A DNA stretch of 30,926 bases, taken from positions 85,286,260 through 85,317,185 of the forward strand of contig NC_057719.1 of NCBI RefSeq assembly GCF_004010195.1, in the 5' to 3' direction. This stretch comes from Chiloscyllium plagiosum (Eukaryota). This document shows positions 11,544 through 23,614 of the stretch, one piece after another (within the stretch, counting starts at the first letter, position 1; each line of letters begins with the position of its first letter). The notes beneath the pieces are model-generated. The model saw nothing but the letters and a program-made list of their open reading frames with translations, was not told the origin of the DNA and did not search any database. Both the position numbers and the translations under genes were made by a program.

Positions 11544-11772
11544 AGACTCTCACTGTCCAACCTATCTAACCATCTGATTATCTTAAACGTCTCAATTAAG
11601 TGACCTCTCAACCTTCTCTCTAACGAAAACAGCCGTAAGTCCCTCAACCCTTCCTTGTAAGACCTTCCCTCCATACCAGGCAACATCCTAGTAAATCTCC
11701 TCTGGACCCTTTCCAAAGCTTCTACGTCCTTCATATAATGTGGTGACCAGAACTGCACGCAATACTCCAAAT
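11544..11772 (-). repeat. 229-bp inverted duplicate of 11094-11322
   Basis: Reverse complement matches the source with one mismatch by eye (ccggg vs cctgg). The ORF track gives identical peptides on opposite strands (11012-11425 + and 11483-11950 -). Confidence 0.95.
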
Positions 11773-11839
11773 TGGTTTCACAGGGTGACGCAACATCTCG
11801 GCCCGAAGTGCCTGTACTGAGCGGTAATGCTCGATGTTG

Positions 11840-12082
11840 TATAAAATAGACCCAAGGGGCAAAATTTTCACACAGAGGGTGGTGTGTGTATGGAATGAGC
11901 TGCCAGAGGAAGTGGTGGAGGCTGTTACAATTACAGCATTTATAAGGCATTTGGATGGGTATGTGAATAGGAAGGGTTTAAAGGGATATGGGCCAAGTGC
12001 TGGCAAATGGGACTAGATGAGGTTGGCATGGACGAGTCGGTCGGAAGGGTTTGTTCCCATGCTGTTCATCTCTATGACTCTA
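11840..12082 (+). mobile_element. CR1 3' terminal fragment (same subfamily as 2128-4405)
   Basis: RG.IFTQRVV.VWNELPEEVVEA peptide; tail ending ctctatgactcta. Confidence 0.85.
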
Positions 12083-12099
12083 TTTGCAATGTCAAGACA

Positions 12100-12197
12100 C
12101 ACAAGACTATGGGCCAAGGTCTGAAAAATGGGATTAAAATAGTTAGATGCTTATTTTTGAAGGGGCCTTTTACCGTACTGTAGATTTCTATGACTGT
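12100..12197 (+). mobile_element. Degenerate CR1 3' tail
   Basis: actatgggccaag..aaatgggatta..gaaggggcctttt..tactgtagatttctatgact. Confidence 0.55.
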
Positions 12198-13710
12198 TTT
12201 AAGATAGAAGAGGAGTGTCCTCCATGTTAAAAATGACCTAAATATAAAGTGTAATTATCTGTATAAACAATTTTACACCAATAAGAACAGAATGCTGTGT
12301 TGCTAAACATAGAATTTATTACACAAGGAATTAGCAAGTACAGCTCAATAATAGTCATTTGATCCCACTTTTGAAATTGAGTGCCAGGTCAAACTTTAAG
12401 GCTCAAGGCCCTCTCTTTTTGCCAAGCTCTGAAGGCCATGCTTTCACAAAAAAAAGACGATAAACGCCAAACAGTGTTGGACATTGAGCAGTAATCAAGA
12501 AAATGAATGATTACGCAATTGGCAAAACTCTCCTGCCCAAAGCTAACCCACTGCAAAGAATGACACGGTCTCAAATCGCATCGGACAGACAAACTGGAGC
12601 TCTCCCTTATTTAGACATCCTCCCCCACCATCCCACCTGCAACCCTTTCTTTCCCAGATTTGTGCAATCATATGGTTGACAGTCTCCAAAATATCGCAGA
12701 AAATAATATCTAATGCCTATAAACTTCAGCATCGCATTTAAGTGTGCTAGGTTGCTTTGTTCAGTACCACTCCATATATTCCAGCAGATTATTTTTATTT
12801 AACACTCCAAACAATATGAAAGTATATGTACAAACTTGACTTGAATCAGAGGGATTGAATCAGTATTCTCACTGGAAAAAGACAATGTTGTTGAAGAAAA
12901 TATTAAGAAATAGGCTACGAGACCAGATGGGATTGAGGTTTCACAAAGAGGAGGTGTTAGAAATTCTGGAAAGTGTGAAAATAGCTAAGTCCCCTGGGTT
13001 GGATGGGATTTATCCTAAGATTCTCTGGGAAGCCAGGGAGGAGATTGCCGAGCCTTTAGCTTTGATCTTTATGTCGTCATAGTCTACAGGAATAGTGCCA
13101 GAAGACTGGAGGATAGCAAATGTTGTTCCCCTTGTTCAAGAAGGGGATTAGGGTCAATCCTGGTAATTACAGACCTGTGAGCCTTACTTCGGTTGTGGGT
13201 AAAGTGTTGGAAAAGTTTATAAGAGATAAGATTTGTATTAATCTCAAAAATAAGAAGTTGATTAGGGATAGTCAACATGGTTTTCTGAAGGGTAGGTCTT
13301 GCCTCACAAACCTTATTGAGTTCTTTGAGAAGGTGACCAAACAGATGGATGAAGGTAAAGCTGTTGATGGAGTGTATATGGATTTCAGTAAGGCATTTGG
13401 TAAGGTTTCCCATGGTAGATTACTGCACAAAATACGGAGGCATGGGATTGAGGGCGATTTAGCAGTTTGGATCAGAGATTGGCTAGCTGAAAGAAGACAG
13501 AGAGTGGTGGTTGATTGGAAATGTTCATCCTGGAGTTCAGTTACTAGTGGTGTATCACAAGGATCTGTTGTTTGTCATTTTTATAAACAACCTGGATGAG
13601 ACATAGAAGGATGTGTTAATAAATTTGCAGATGGCATTAAGCTTGGTAAAGTTGTGGATATTGCCGAAGGTTGGCGTAGGTTAGAGGGACACAGATAAGC
13701 AGCAGAGCTA

Positions 13711-13823
13711 GAATATATGGAGTGGTACTGAACAAAGCAACCTAGCACACTTAAATGCGATGCTGAAGTTTATAGGCATTAGATATTATTTTCTGCGATA
13801 TTTTGGAGACTGTCAACCATATG
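13711..13823 (-). repeat. 113-bp inverted copy of upstream non-CR1 sequence 12669-12781
   Basis: Exact reverse complement by eye (catatggttgacagtctcc...ccactccatatattc), inserted in the CR1 RT region. Confidence 0.95.
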
Positions 13824-14451
13824 GCAAATGGAGAATTGGCAAATGGAGTTTAATGCAGAAAAGTGTGAGATGATTCACATTGGAAATAGTAACAGGAATA
13901 CAGAGTACTGGACTATGGTAAGATTCTTGGTAGTGTAGATAAACAGAGAAATCTCGGTGTCCATGTACATAGATCCGTCAAGGTTGCCACCCAGGTTGAG
14001 AGGGCTGTTAAGAAGGCATACGGTGTGTTAGCTTTTATTCGTAGAGAGATTGAGTTTCGGAACCATAAGGTCATGCTGCAGCTGTACAAAGCTCTGGCGT
14101 GGCATCACTTGGGAGTATTGGGTGCAGTTCAGGTCACCGCATTATAGGAAGGATGTGGAAGCTTTGGAAAGGGTTCAGAGATTTACTAGGATGTTGCCTG
14201 GTATGGAGGGAAGGTCTTACAAGGAAAGGTTGAGCAACTTGAGGCTGTTTTTGTTACAGAGAAGGTTGAGTGATGAGTTAATTGAGACGTCTAAGATAAT
14301 CAGAGGGTTAGGTAGGGTGGACAGTGAGTCTTTTTCTTAGGATGGTGATGGTGAGCATGAGGGGGCATAGCTTCAAATTGAAGGGTGATAGATATAGGAC
14401 AGATGTCACAGGTAGTTTCTTTACTCAGAGCAGTAGGGAATTGAAACTCAC

Positions 14452-14514
14452 TCTAGATTAGAGTGGTGCTGGAAAAGCACAGCAGGTCAGGCAGCATCCG
14501 AGGAGCAGGAAAAT
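14452..14514 (-). mobile_element. Penelope-like pLTR fragment replacing part of the CR1 3' end
   Basis: tctagattagagtggtgctggaaaagcacagcaggtcaggcagcatccgaggagcaggaaaat, homologous to 27546-27597 and to the left arm at 5252-5307. Confidence 0.8.
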
Positions 14515-14675
14515 GGACGAGAATGGAATAGTGTAGGTTAGATGGGCTCCAGATTGGTTTCACAGGTCAATGCAACATCAAGGGCCGAAGGGCCTGTACT
14601 GCACTGTAATGTAATGTTCTGTAGGGAATATGAAGTACAAGAACACAATAATGTAAGGAGGAAAGGAAAGGAGAG

Positions 14676-15170
14676 TACAGGGAGAACTAGCCATTTGGAT
14701 ACAGAACTGGCTCAAAGGTAGAAGACAGAGGGTGGTGGAGGAGAGTTTTCAGACTGGAGGCCTGTGACCAGTGGAGTGCCATAAGGATTGGTGCTGGGTC
14801 CACTACGTTTCATCATTTATATAAATGATTTGGATATGAACATAGGAGGTATAGTTCATAGGTTTGCAGATGACACCAAAATTGGAGGCGTCATGGACAG
14901 CGAAGCAGGTTACCTAAGAGTACACAGGATCTTGATTAGATGGGCCAATGGGGTGAGAAGTGGCAGATGGAGTTTAATTTAGATAGATGAGATGCTGTGT
15001 TTTGGGAAAGCAAATCTTGGCAGGTCTTATCCACTTAATGGTAAAGTCCTAGGGAGCAATGCTGAACAAAGAGACCTTGGTGTGCAGGTTCATATCTCCT
15101 TGAAAGTAGACTCGCAGATAGATAGGACAGTGAAGGTGGCATTTGGTACGCTTTCCTTTATTGGTCAGAG
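14676..15170 (+). mobile_element. CR1 internal RT fragment (subfamily of 2128-4405)
   Basis: Near-identical to 3321-3806; peptide VLGP..FIIYINDLD..FADDTK. Confidence 0.9.
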
Positions 15171-15174
15171 CACT

Positions 15175-15345
15175 TCACTGGTGAGCCTGTGAAATTTTGT
15201 GCCACCGTAAGTAGCTGAGGCTAAAGTGCTGAACGCTTTCATGATGGAACTAGATATAGTTCTGAGGGCGAATGGGATCAAAGGGTATGGGAAGAAGGCA
15301 GGAACAAGATACTGAGTATAATGATCAGCTATGATCATATTGAGG
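15175..15345 (+). mobile_element. Older CR1 3' fragment
   Basis: tggtgagcctgtgaaatt..gctgaggcta..gggatcaaagggtatgggaagaaggcagg..gatcagctatgatcatattga. Confidence 0.65.
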
Positions 15346-15439
15346 GAATAATGAAACAGGCTCTAAGAAAGTAGGACCATTCAATCCTATCTTTCTAAAT
15401 GTTCATTTGGCTCTGATGAAGCTTAATTTTTTTTAAATA

Positions 15440-17083
15440 ATGGTCTTAAAGCAGATTAAGGTCGGTGAGGACCTAGAAACGATTATCACAAAAGTGTTGG
15501 GCAAACTAATGGAGATAAAGATAGACAAGATGCCTGCTTCTGATGGAATGCATCCCAGTGTACTAAAAGAGATGATGAGAGAAATAGCAAATGCATTCAA
15601 TAATTTTCCAAAATTTGCTGGATACTGGGACAGTTCCAGCAAATTGGAAAATAGCAAATGTGATGCCAGTGTTTAAAAAGAAAGGTAGACAAAAGATGGG
15701 AAATTATAGGCAGATTAGCTTCACTTCTGTAGTGGGAAAATTGCTTGAATTTATCAATAACAAAGAAATCGCTCGACATCTGGATAGAAATTGTCCCAAT
15801 GGATGGACGCAGCAGGTCTGAAAGGCAGGTCATGTTTAACCAATTTACTGGAATTTGATGAAGAAATTACAAGCGCAGTGGACAATGCAGACCCAGTAGA
15901 TGTGGTCTATCTAGATTTCTAAAAGGCATACAACAAAGTGCCGCACAAAGGGCTGATTCATAAGATAACGCAAGGCATTACAGGCCATCTATTAGCATAG
16001 ACAGAGAATTGGTTAACTAACAGGAAGAAGAGTGGGGATAAATGAGTGCTTTTCTGGTTGGCGATCTGGTGTGCCTCAGGGCTTAGTGCTGGGACCGCAA
16101 TTATTTACAATTTACATCCATGATTTGGAGTTGGGGACCACGTGTGGTGTGTCAAAGTTTGCAGATGACACTAAGATGAGTGGCAGAGCAAAGTGTGCAG
16201 AGGACTGTGAAAGTTTCCAGAGGTGTATAGATATTTTAAGTGAGTTGGCGAAGATCTGGCAGATGGAGTAAATGTTGAGTCATGTGAAGTCATCCTTTTT
16301 GGTAAGAATAACAGCAAAAAGGACTATTATTTGAAAGGTAAAATATTGCAGCATGCTGCTGTGCAGAGGGACCTGGATGTCCTTGTGCATGAATCACAGA
16401 AGGTTGGTCTGCTGGTGCAACAGCTAATTGAGTAGGCAAATGGAATTTTGTCCTTCATTGCTAAAGGGATTGAGTTTAAAAGCAGGGAGGTTATATTGCA
16501 GCTGTACAAGGTGCTGGTGAGGCCACACCTGAAGTACTGAGTGCAGTTTTGGTCTCCCTACTTAAGAAAGAATACGCTGGCACTGGAGAGGTTCACTAGG
16601 TTGATTCCGGAGTTGAGGGTGGGGGGGAGGTGTGGTCTATGAGGAGAGACTGAGTAGACTGGGATTGTATTCATTGGAATTTAGAAGAATGAGGAGGGAT
16701 CTTAGATAAACATAAAATCATGCATGGAATATATAGGGTAGAAACAAAGAGGATGTTTCCATTGGCGGGTGAAACAAGGATAAGAGGGCATAGCCTCAAA
16801 ATTAGGGGGAGTAGATTTAGAACTGAATTGAGAAGGAACTACTTCACCCCGAGGGTTGAGAATCTGTGGAATCCCCAGCCCAGTGAAGTGTATAAGGCTT
16901 CCTCAGTGAATGTTTTTAAGGCTAAGATAGACAATTTTTGAACAGTAAAGGATTTAAGGGTTATGGTGAGAGGGTGATAAAGTGGAGATGAGGCCATGAA
17001 AAGATCAGCCATGTTCTTATTGAATGGCAGAGCGGACTTGAAGGGCCAGATGGCCTACTCCTGCTCCTCGTTCTAATGTTCTA
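15440..17083 (+). mobile_element. CR1 LINE of a third subfamily, decayed
   Basis: [66 protein letters not shown]; tail ggccagatggcctactcctgctcctcgttctaatgttct. Confidence 0.92.
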
Positions 17084-18624
17084 AAGCAAGCCAAGATGGA
17101 AATAGTTTAAATAGCTACAACAACTGACTATGATGGTGGTAACATTCCTTTGTGTTATCTCAACCTCCCCTTCAACCAGCAGTTCAAAAGTATTTCAACT
17201 TACAATTGTTTAATGGATGGGATGTTTTGGGGCCACTGCAACTTTGGTCATTATTTGCATATGGAATTTGAACTCTTCCCTGAGGAATTAACCAATAATT
17301 TGCTAACAGAATTTGGGGCATTTATGATTTGGAGTACACCACTGAATACAAACAGATGACCTGTTACTGGGCTGTGGCCCTACCCAACATTATGGATCTA
17401 CAATAACTATCGAATGCAAAGCTGTAAATAAACCAAATAACATTTGGAAGTGCAGTTGTACTGTGAAAGCTGTTTGGGAGAACACGGTTAACAGAAGGAA
17501 AGGTATCATATACATCAACCTTTGAAGCATACATAACCTTTAGTAGCCCCCATGACTTATCCACGTGTGGAGTTCTACTTACACACAGTTGGCAGTCAGA
17601 AAGTATAACAAGTAAGACAGCATAGCACTTTAGTTACATAGAAGTGACTGCACAAAAAACAGGGCATATGGTGCAAATTATTTATACCAACAGTTATGAC
17701 TCTCCTCCCATTAATAAAGGGTTCATGGATGGGAGGACAATCATCAATCAACCTTCCTGCTGATTATGTAAGGCACCAGGGGATCTGTTGTTCTATAAAG
17801 CTTAACACTACTCTGCACAATCCTTTTTTTAAATTTAATAGGCCTTTGGGCAAAATTGCAAAGTCTGTGTCAATTGACCAAAGGTAGATTGAGTTGCTGA
17901 ATTACGGTCAAATGAGTTATGGATCAAATATTTATTAAGTATCTACTTTTAAAAATCTGCAGTATTAACAAAAATCCTGATCCATGATGTATTCAAACCA
18001 CATTCTGGGGTTGACTATATTTCCTTTCAATACGAGTGCCTGGGGTTGCATCCTTGATGAACTGTTCACCATCACTAAAGCTTACACAGAAAACAAACAT
18101 GTTTGCAATCAGCACCCCTGCAGAGGATCAAAGTTCCTGACCATTAGTTGGCTTCAGTCATGTATTATGTAAGAATATCTGGAATGTTCGTTTTTGTTTG
18201 GGCCCAAAGCAGTTCCATAATTGGCTCTGCTTAAACTAACAATACTGATTGTTCCTGATATACGGACGTTGGGCACTCAGTAGCCCAACATCTATCTGCA
18301 CACCAGCATTACTGCACATGCCACCTGATTCAACAATTTCCTCAAACAAACGTATTAACCCATTGATTACTGTTACAACCTAAGACTTTCCATAGCTCAG
18401 CTACTTTTGTTTCTATCTAGCTCACCTAGGGAGAGACTGAAATGAATAGTAAAGAGAGTTAGTAAATCTAGTTAAAAAAATATGAAAACTAATGAATTCT
18501 GCAGAACTAAAACACCTTGAAATAAAAGCTAAAGGTCAATTTATACTTACTCACCCTCCTCTAGTCACCCATATTCCCTGCTACTTTTCTATGTCTATTC
18601 TGGGTTGGAAGTGTCTGTTTTCGT

Positions 18625-18760
18625 GTTGTATGAATTTATGATTACAGCGACTTTATCCTTTATATGACACCAAACCTCCCACAAAAGGAAGCAGTTAATT
18701 AGATGGGAAAAGGCTTGGTCAAAGACTTTTAAGGAGCATTTTAAAAGAGTTCTGGGTTCA
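18625..18760 (-). mobile_element. Degenerate L2-type 3' end
   Basis: aaaaggcttggtcaaagacttttaaggagcattttaaa, similar to the minus-strand L2 ends at ~21990 and ~29510. Confidence 0.4.
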
Positions 18761-18946
18761 TGGTCATTATTCAGGTTACTTGAGCCTGCCAAGGCTGGGG
18801 ATGAGAATGCCCTCTTCCCATCACACCAGTTGTGGGTGCCCATGATTCTGTCTCGCCGTACAGACTAACTACACTGTGTCCCCGGCAGGAAGTCGGCAGA
18901 GAATATCAGCCTGTAAATCCTTTCGCCATTTCACATCCTCCAAAGG

Positions 18947-19185
18947 TCTGTGTGGAGTTTGCACACACTCCGCGTCTGCATGGGTTTCCTCCGGGTGCTC
19001 CGGTTTCCTCTCACAGTCCAAAGATGTGCAGATTAGGTCAATTGGCCAGGCTAAACTGCCCCTAGTATTAGCTGCATTAGTCAGACGGGAATGGAACTGG
19101 GTGGATTACTCTTCAGAGGGTCGGTGTGCACTTGTTGGGCCGAACAGCCTGTTTCCATACTGTAGGGAATCTAATCTAATCTAAT
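18947..19185 (+). mobile_element. 5'-truncated HE1-like V-SINE
   Basis: V-domain tgtgtggagtttgcac..gggtttcctccgggtgctccggtttcctc..cacagtccaaagatgtgcag; CR1-like tail; (AATCT)n end. Confidence 0.88.
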
Positions 19186-20127
19186 TTCAAAACCAAGCTC
19201 AGAAACCTTTCCTTGTCAACATTAAGGATAGCTGGTAATAGTCCAAAACACATAACTTGTTCCATAGACTGGGAGGCAACATCATTATGCTTTGCGATTA
19301 CATTACACATCCTTACATTGAGACTGATACTTCAATGACATCCTTGCCATATTTAGGGGGACTGAAAAAAAAAATCCCAAGCAGGGGTCAAAATACAAAG
19401 GTGGGCAGAAGTGCAAACGAATTCAAATGTCCATAAAACAGTCCAAACAAAATCAATGCTGGGGCAAGAAATGAGAAATAGGTTGCTTTGGCATGTGCTG
19501 TCTTACATATGGCTCCTGCATTGCCCTATCAGGTTGCACACTGAAACACGCAACCATCACTGGTACTGGGGAAATAAAGCACAGTTCTGACTGTGACTGT
19601 GAAGCTATCCAAACAGATGGTTTCCCCTTTCCAGCTCTCATACTCCCCTGCTCAGACAATCTGTAAATGGGGAAACCACAAGGCTAGGAGGGACAGAACT
19701 TGTGACTGAAAGAGTGGCTATTCAGGCCAGTCCTGTTGTGCCAATACTAATCACATCGAGAAGAGGCATAGTAGGAGGTAAAATCAAAATATTTTTAAGA
19801 AAGGAGGAATGTGGCAGCCATAAAACCCAATATCAAGGCTGCAGGTGCTGCCACACAGCCCACCTAATGGGGCTCTCAGCTGACCTTTCTCCTTCTCATA
19901 ACGGTAGAGCTTGTACAAGTTGGCAGGATGCTGTTTTGAAGGTGGCAGGAAATGGAGAAAATGTGCAGAAGGACTTGTTAATGGGACTTGTTATCTGGTG
20001 CCATTCGGGATCTGATGGTTAGGCTTGGTGCCGCAGAATTAAATTTCTGTGGATTGCCCTCATTGTCCCACCGTGACGTGCTCTTCGGCAGGGTCTAGGG
20101 TTCACGTGGTGTCCTAGCTAACATTAC

Positions 20128-20166
20128 CCTCTTCCCCACCCCCCCCTCCCCCACCCCCCACCCCAC
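20128..20166 (-). repeat. C-rich tract (G-quadruplex-capable on minus strand)
   Basis: More than four C3+ runs with 1-3 nt spacers. Confidence 0.55.
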
Positions 20167-20257
20167 TTTGGATATTTGGAGTTGTATCTACACAGCTGTG
20201 TGCAAAGTTTGGATCTACATGATTAGGGGCACGCTCTGTGTTTGTATCTACACATTA

Positions 20258-20485
20258 ACTCGGTTTCTCTCTGCACAGATGCTGGTAGACATGCTAAGTT
20301 TCTCCAACATTCTCTGCATTTATTTCAGATTTCCAGCATCTACAATATTTTGCTTTTACGTGGTACCTACATGGCTGTGAATAGTGAGTCCAGGTTTGAC
20401 TTTTAATCAGCCCGTCAATTTGCCTCAAAGGCCAAGTATTGCAGACGATGGATATCTTTAAGCAGAAATGCTGGAAACACTCAGC
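20258..20485. mobile_element. Old Penelope-like terminal-repeat remnants in both orientations
   Basis: cagatgctggtagacatgctaagtttctccaacatt..tttcagatttccagcatctacaatattttgc (20258-20357) and inverted aagtattgcaga..cagaaatgctggaaacactcagc (20434-20485); a similar remnant lies at ~8540-8605. Confidence 0.5.
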
Positions 20486-21844
20486 TCATGCTGTATTGGA
20501 AACCTCGTACTCTGGTGTCTGGTTTTGGAGGCTTTCACACACCCAATGCATCTGTACCTCTCACACCAATCTGTGTGTACCTCAGGCCAATCTGCTCAAT
20601 GATTCAACACTGCTTGATTGAATGAATGGAGTTAAACCAGCTGTCAGCAAAATAAAATGCTCCGCAATCAGTTGGTCCTGAGGTAGAAAGTGCTATTTGT
20701 CAGTGCATGAAGAGTTAAGTAGAGAGAATCATTTTAATTAGATTGACAATGTTTTAGTCAATGGGGCTTTACTTTCACAGACAATTCCTTTGTTCCTAAA
20801 TGATAGCATTTTTTTTCCTCAGAGAGTCCAAGCAGTGAAATGTATGGTGTGGACTGCAGCAGTGTGAAAAGTTAATCATTGTCAGAGCTACGCCAATCAG
20901 CTTTGGGTGGATCAGATATGATTCACATGTCTCTGTGCAACTTCCTGATCAGATACACGCTCAGGTGTAAAACCGGTTTTCACAATACTGGTTTTCCTTC
21001 TTTCTGTTTCTTCAGAAACCAGGCAGTGATGCCTATTGATTCAGAACAACACCCCCTCACCACAAGATTATAAGTTAAAACCCTGGAGTTGTAGCTGTAG
21101 TCAGAAAAAAGGAGAGTCAGGCACTTAGAACAAGACGATGTCTGGTTCACTAAAGCAGTGAATTGGGAGTATTGGTCTCAAGTAACAGCAACATTCACCT
21201 TGACAGAACACAAACACAGAATCAACACTGAAATCAGGTTAGTAATTATACGGATTTTAATATATTTCCATTTGTTTTCTTCGCATTTTGTTGGCACAGT
21301 TCAGTGTTTACCTAATGATATTATCGTACAAGTGACATTTTTCTGACTGATTTTTCAATACAGAGCTAGTCCACTTCAATTTCCTGTAGCCAGTAAGTCC
21401 AAATAGCTTCACTTACACCTGAACTGCTCAACTTCATGTATTTGCACAGCCACTAAAAAAAAATCACATCCCTGCGACATAACTGAGTATTCAGTTGCTG
21501 CTCAGTGGGTGAAAACTTTCACAAGGTATGAATTGGGAATAACAGTCAACAGCATTACTTTGTCTGATCAAACTTCGACTGTGCCTGAGAACATTCTACA
21601 TATATTCTGCAATAGGGTGATCTTCTGGCAGTGCGAGTGGTGTGAGCCATTACAGAAGAAGAAGAATTAGGAGTATCACACATCAACCTAATCTCAACCC
21701 TCAATGCTGCTTTCAATTTCCAAGCCGGATAACTGACAACATAGGGCCATTTAATGATTCAATGACGACTTAACGGTGCAATTCAACACCTAAAATTTGC
21801 AAGGATGAGTGGTTGCTTGAATAGATGTTGTGCATATGAGGTAA

Positions 21845-22800
21845 CGTCAACACAACAAGCATTACATAAAACATTTAACATTGGAAAATATTCCAAGGTG
21901 CTGGTCAAGGGTGTAAACAGACAGAAATTAACACCATATCATAAAGGAGCTATTACAAGTTAAAAAGGATCTGTTTGAATGGATGACTAAAAACCTGGTT
22001 AAGAGGCGTGCTTTTCAGGGGGATGTAAAGGAAAGCATGAGTGACACAGTCTTAGGGAGTAAATTTAATTTGCTGGAGCCCACGTGGCTGAAGATGTAGT
22101 TATCAGTGGTGGGGCAGTTGGATTAGGGGCCGCAGGAGAGATCAGATTTAGAGGCAGAGGTAGGAAAAGGCAGGACCATGGAGAAATTTAAAACTGAGGT
22201 ACTGCCAGGCCAACAGCCAGTGTGGGTCATCAAGTACAAACGTGATGGGCTAACTTTATGGTGCCAAGTTTTATAGGTGGCTGGGTTTCAGATGGGCTCA
22301 AGTTTTCACAAGTTGCAAGATCACTATGAGGGCACTGGATTCGGTAAAGAAATGCACGTACAAATGAGGGTTTCATCGGCAGCTAAGCTGGGCTAAGGCA
22401 GGAGCAGAAGTATTTGATTGAAGGAAATTGCGGCACTTTCAGCACAAGATGTCAGATAAGCAGCATGACAAACCCAGAGACAGCCAATGGGCGATGGTGT
22501 TGGTGGTAAGGCAGAACCTGATGTGAAACCTGATGTCATGACTTCCGATAACATCATTGAGAGGAGGACGGAAATTGATGAGAAACAGGAGGGTCAAGGA
22601 GAATCCATATTGTACACCATAGGTAATCCTCTGGGAGTTAAACAGAGGAATGAAATACAAACAGATTGATACTTTGGCTCACCTTCATTAGAATGGAAAA
22701 GCCATGGTAAACCCTCATAGATTGGGTGCTGTCCAAATGCACTGATTGCAGGCCCTGACTGGTAATAAACAATCAAGGAGATAATTCAGTCTCCAGCTTT
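21845..22800 (-). mobile_element. Old L2-type LINE 3' portion
   Basis: Degenerate reverse-complement L2 3' end (caacaagcatt..ttccaaggtgc..gactaaaaacctggttaagagg..ttttcagggg..taaagga) followed by AG-rich antisense ORF2-like sequence. Confidence 0.5.
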
Positions 22801-22856
22801 CAAATGATGCTTTCTGTCTTTATTGAATTCCTGGGGTCTATATCTGGGGTTGTTAG

Positions 22857-22945
22857 GAAGCTCAGTTGGCTAGATAGCTAGTAGGTGGTTCAGAATAATA
22901 ACAACAGAGTAGGTTCAATTCCCATTCCGGCTGAGCTGGACACAG
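22857..22945 (+). mobile_element. Degenerate tRNA-derived SINE head
   Basis: A-box-like agctcagttgg and B-box-like ggttcaattccc, with no cloverleaf. Confidence 0.45.
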
Positions 22946-23179
22946 GACTTGACCCCTCAGCCTAGGAGTTGAAATATATGGAAAACCATAATGAATAAAA
23001 AGCATCAAGAAAACAGCTTAGGTGAAACATCAGCAGACAATGAGACAATTTAGGTAGAGCACACATGAATGAATGTTCATAACAATATTGGAAACTGAAT
23101 GCTCAGTATTGGGAGGATAGGTACACTGAGAAAACTCAACACCATTTGGGACTATCAGAGCAACTGACTTCAACAAGAG

Positions 23180-23604
23180 ATGCATTTATATCGGAAATCT
23201 CTCAACCTCAGGACATCAGAAAGAGCTTTATAGACAATGAAGTGTTTTGGAGGGTTGGAGTTACTGTTGTAATGTAAAAAACAAAGTAAATAATTTATCT
23301 GCAGCAAGCTCCCACAAATGGCAGTGCAGTCAATAACCGATAATCAAAGTTTTGGTGGCATAAGGGATAAAGCTTAGCCAGAACACCAGTCATTAGCACT
23401 GCCACCCTGCTTTAAAATGGTGCCATGAGATCTGATGCATCCACTTTAGGGAAATTGGACTCAATGCCTCGAAGGAAAGGTATCTCCAAACAATTCAAAC
23501 TCCCCCAGTATTGCATTGGAATGTTAGCCTAGTTTTCTTTTGCCACACAAATGGAATGGAATCCAAGATCTCCTGATTCAGTGTGTTACCCACTGAACCA
23601 CAGT
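23180..23604 (-). mobile_element. Degenerate DeuSINE (SacSINE1/AmnSINE1-like)
   Basis: Reverse complement: tRNA head ctgtggttcagtgggtaac, Deu-like aggctaacattccaatgcaatactgggggag, atggcaccatttt, tttgtgggagcttgctgcag, acattacaacagtaact, tail ataaatgca. Confidence 0.65.
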
Positions 23605-23614
23605 TCCTGTAATT

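Larger units (their letters stand above)
9227..11830 (+). mobile_element. CR1 LINE, 5'-truncated, containing a Penelope fold-back (9558-9773) and an inverted self-duplication (11544-11772)
   Basis: GEHFSDSDHS start; ORF 10048-10926 (DKPPGPNGIY, PGDYRPVS, YMDFSKAF, SGVPQ.SVLG, KFEDDTK); ORF 11012-11425 (HLEYCVQFWSPHY); 3' UTR continues to ~11830. Confidence 0.95.
12858..14620 (+). mobile_element. CR1 LINE (same subfamily as 9227-11830), decayed, with two internal insertions
   Basis: ORFs 12855-13082, 13120-13599 and 14050-14340 give KSPGLDGIYP, PGNYRPVSLTSVVGK and YMDFSKAF; tail gggccgaagggcctgtactgcactgtaatgtaatgttct. Confidence 0.93.

Noticed and set aside
17370..17424. Candidate minus-strand exon (tttatttacag acceptor), and a similar one near 21125-21199
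   Set aside because: Donor sites are weak or stops occur early; indistinguishable from chance without RNA data.
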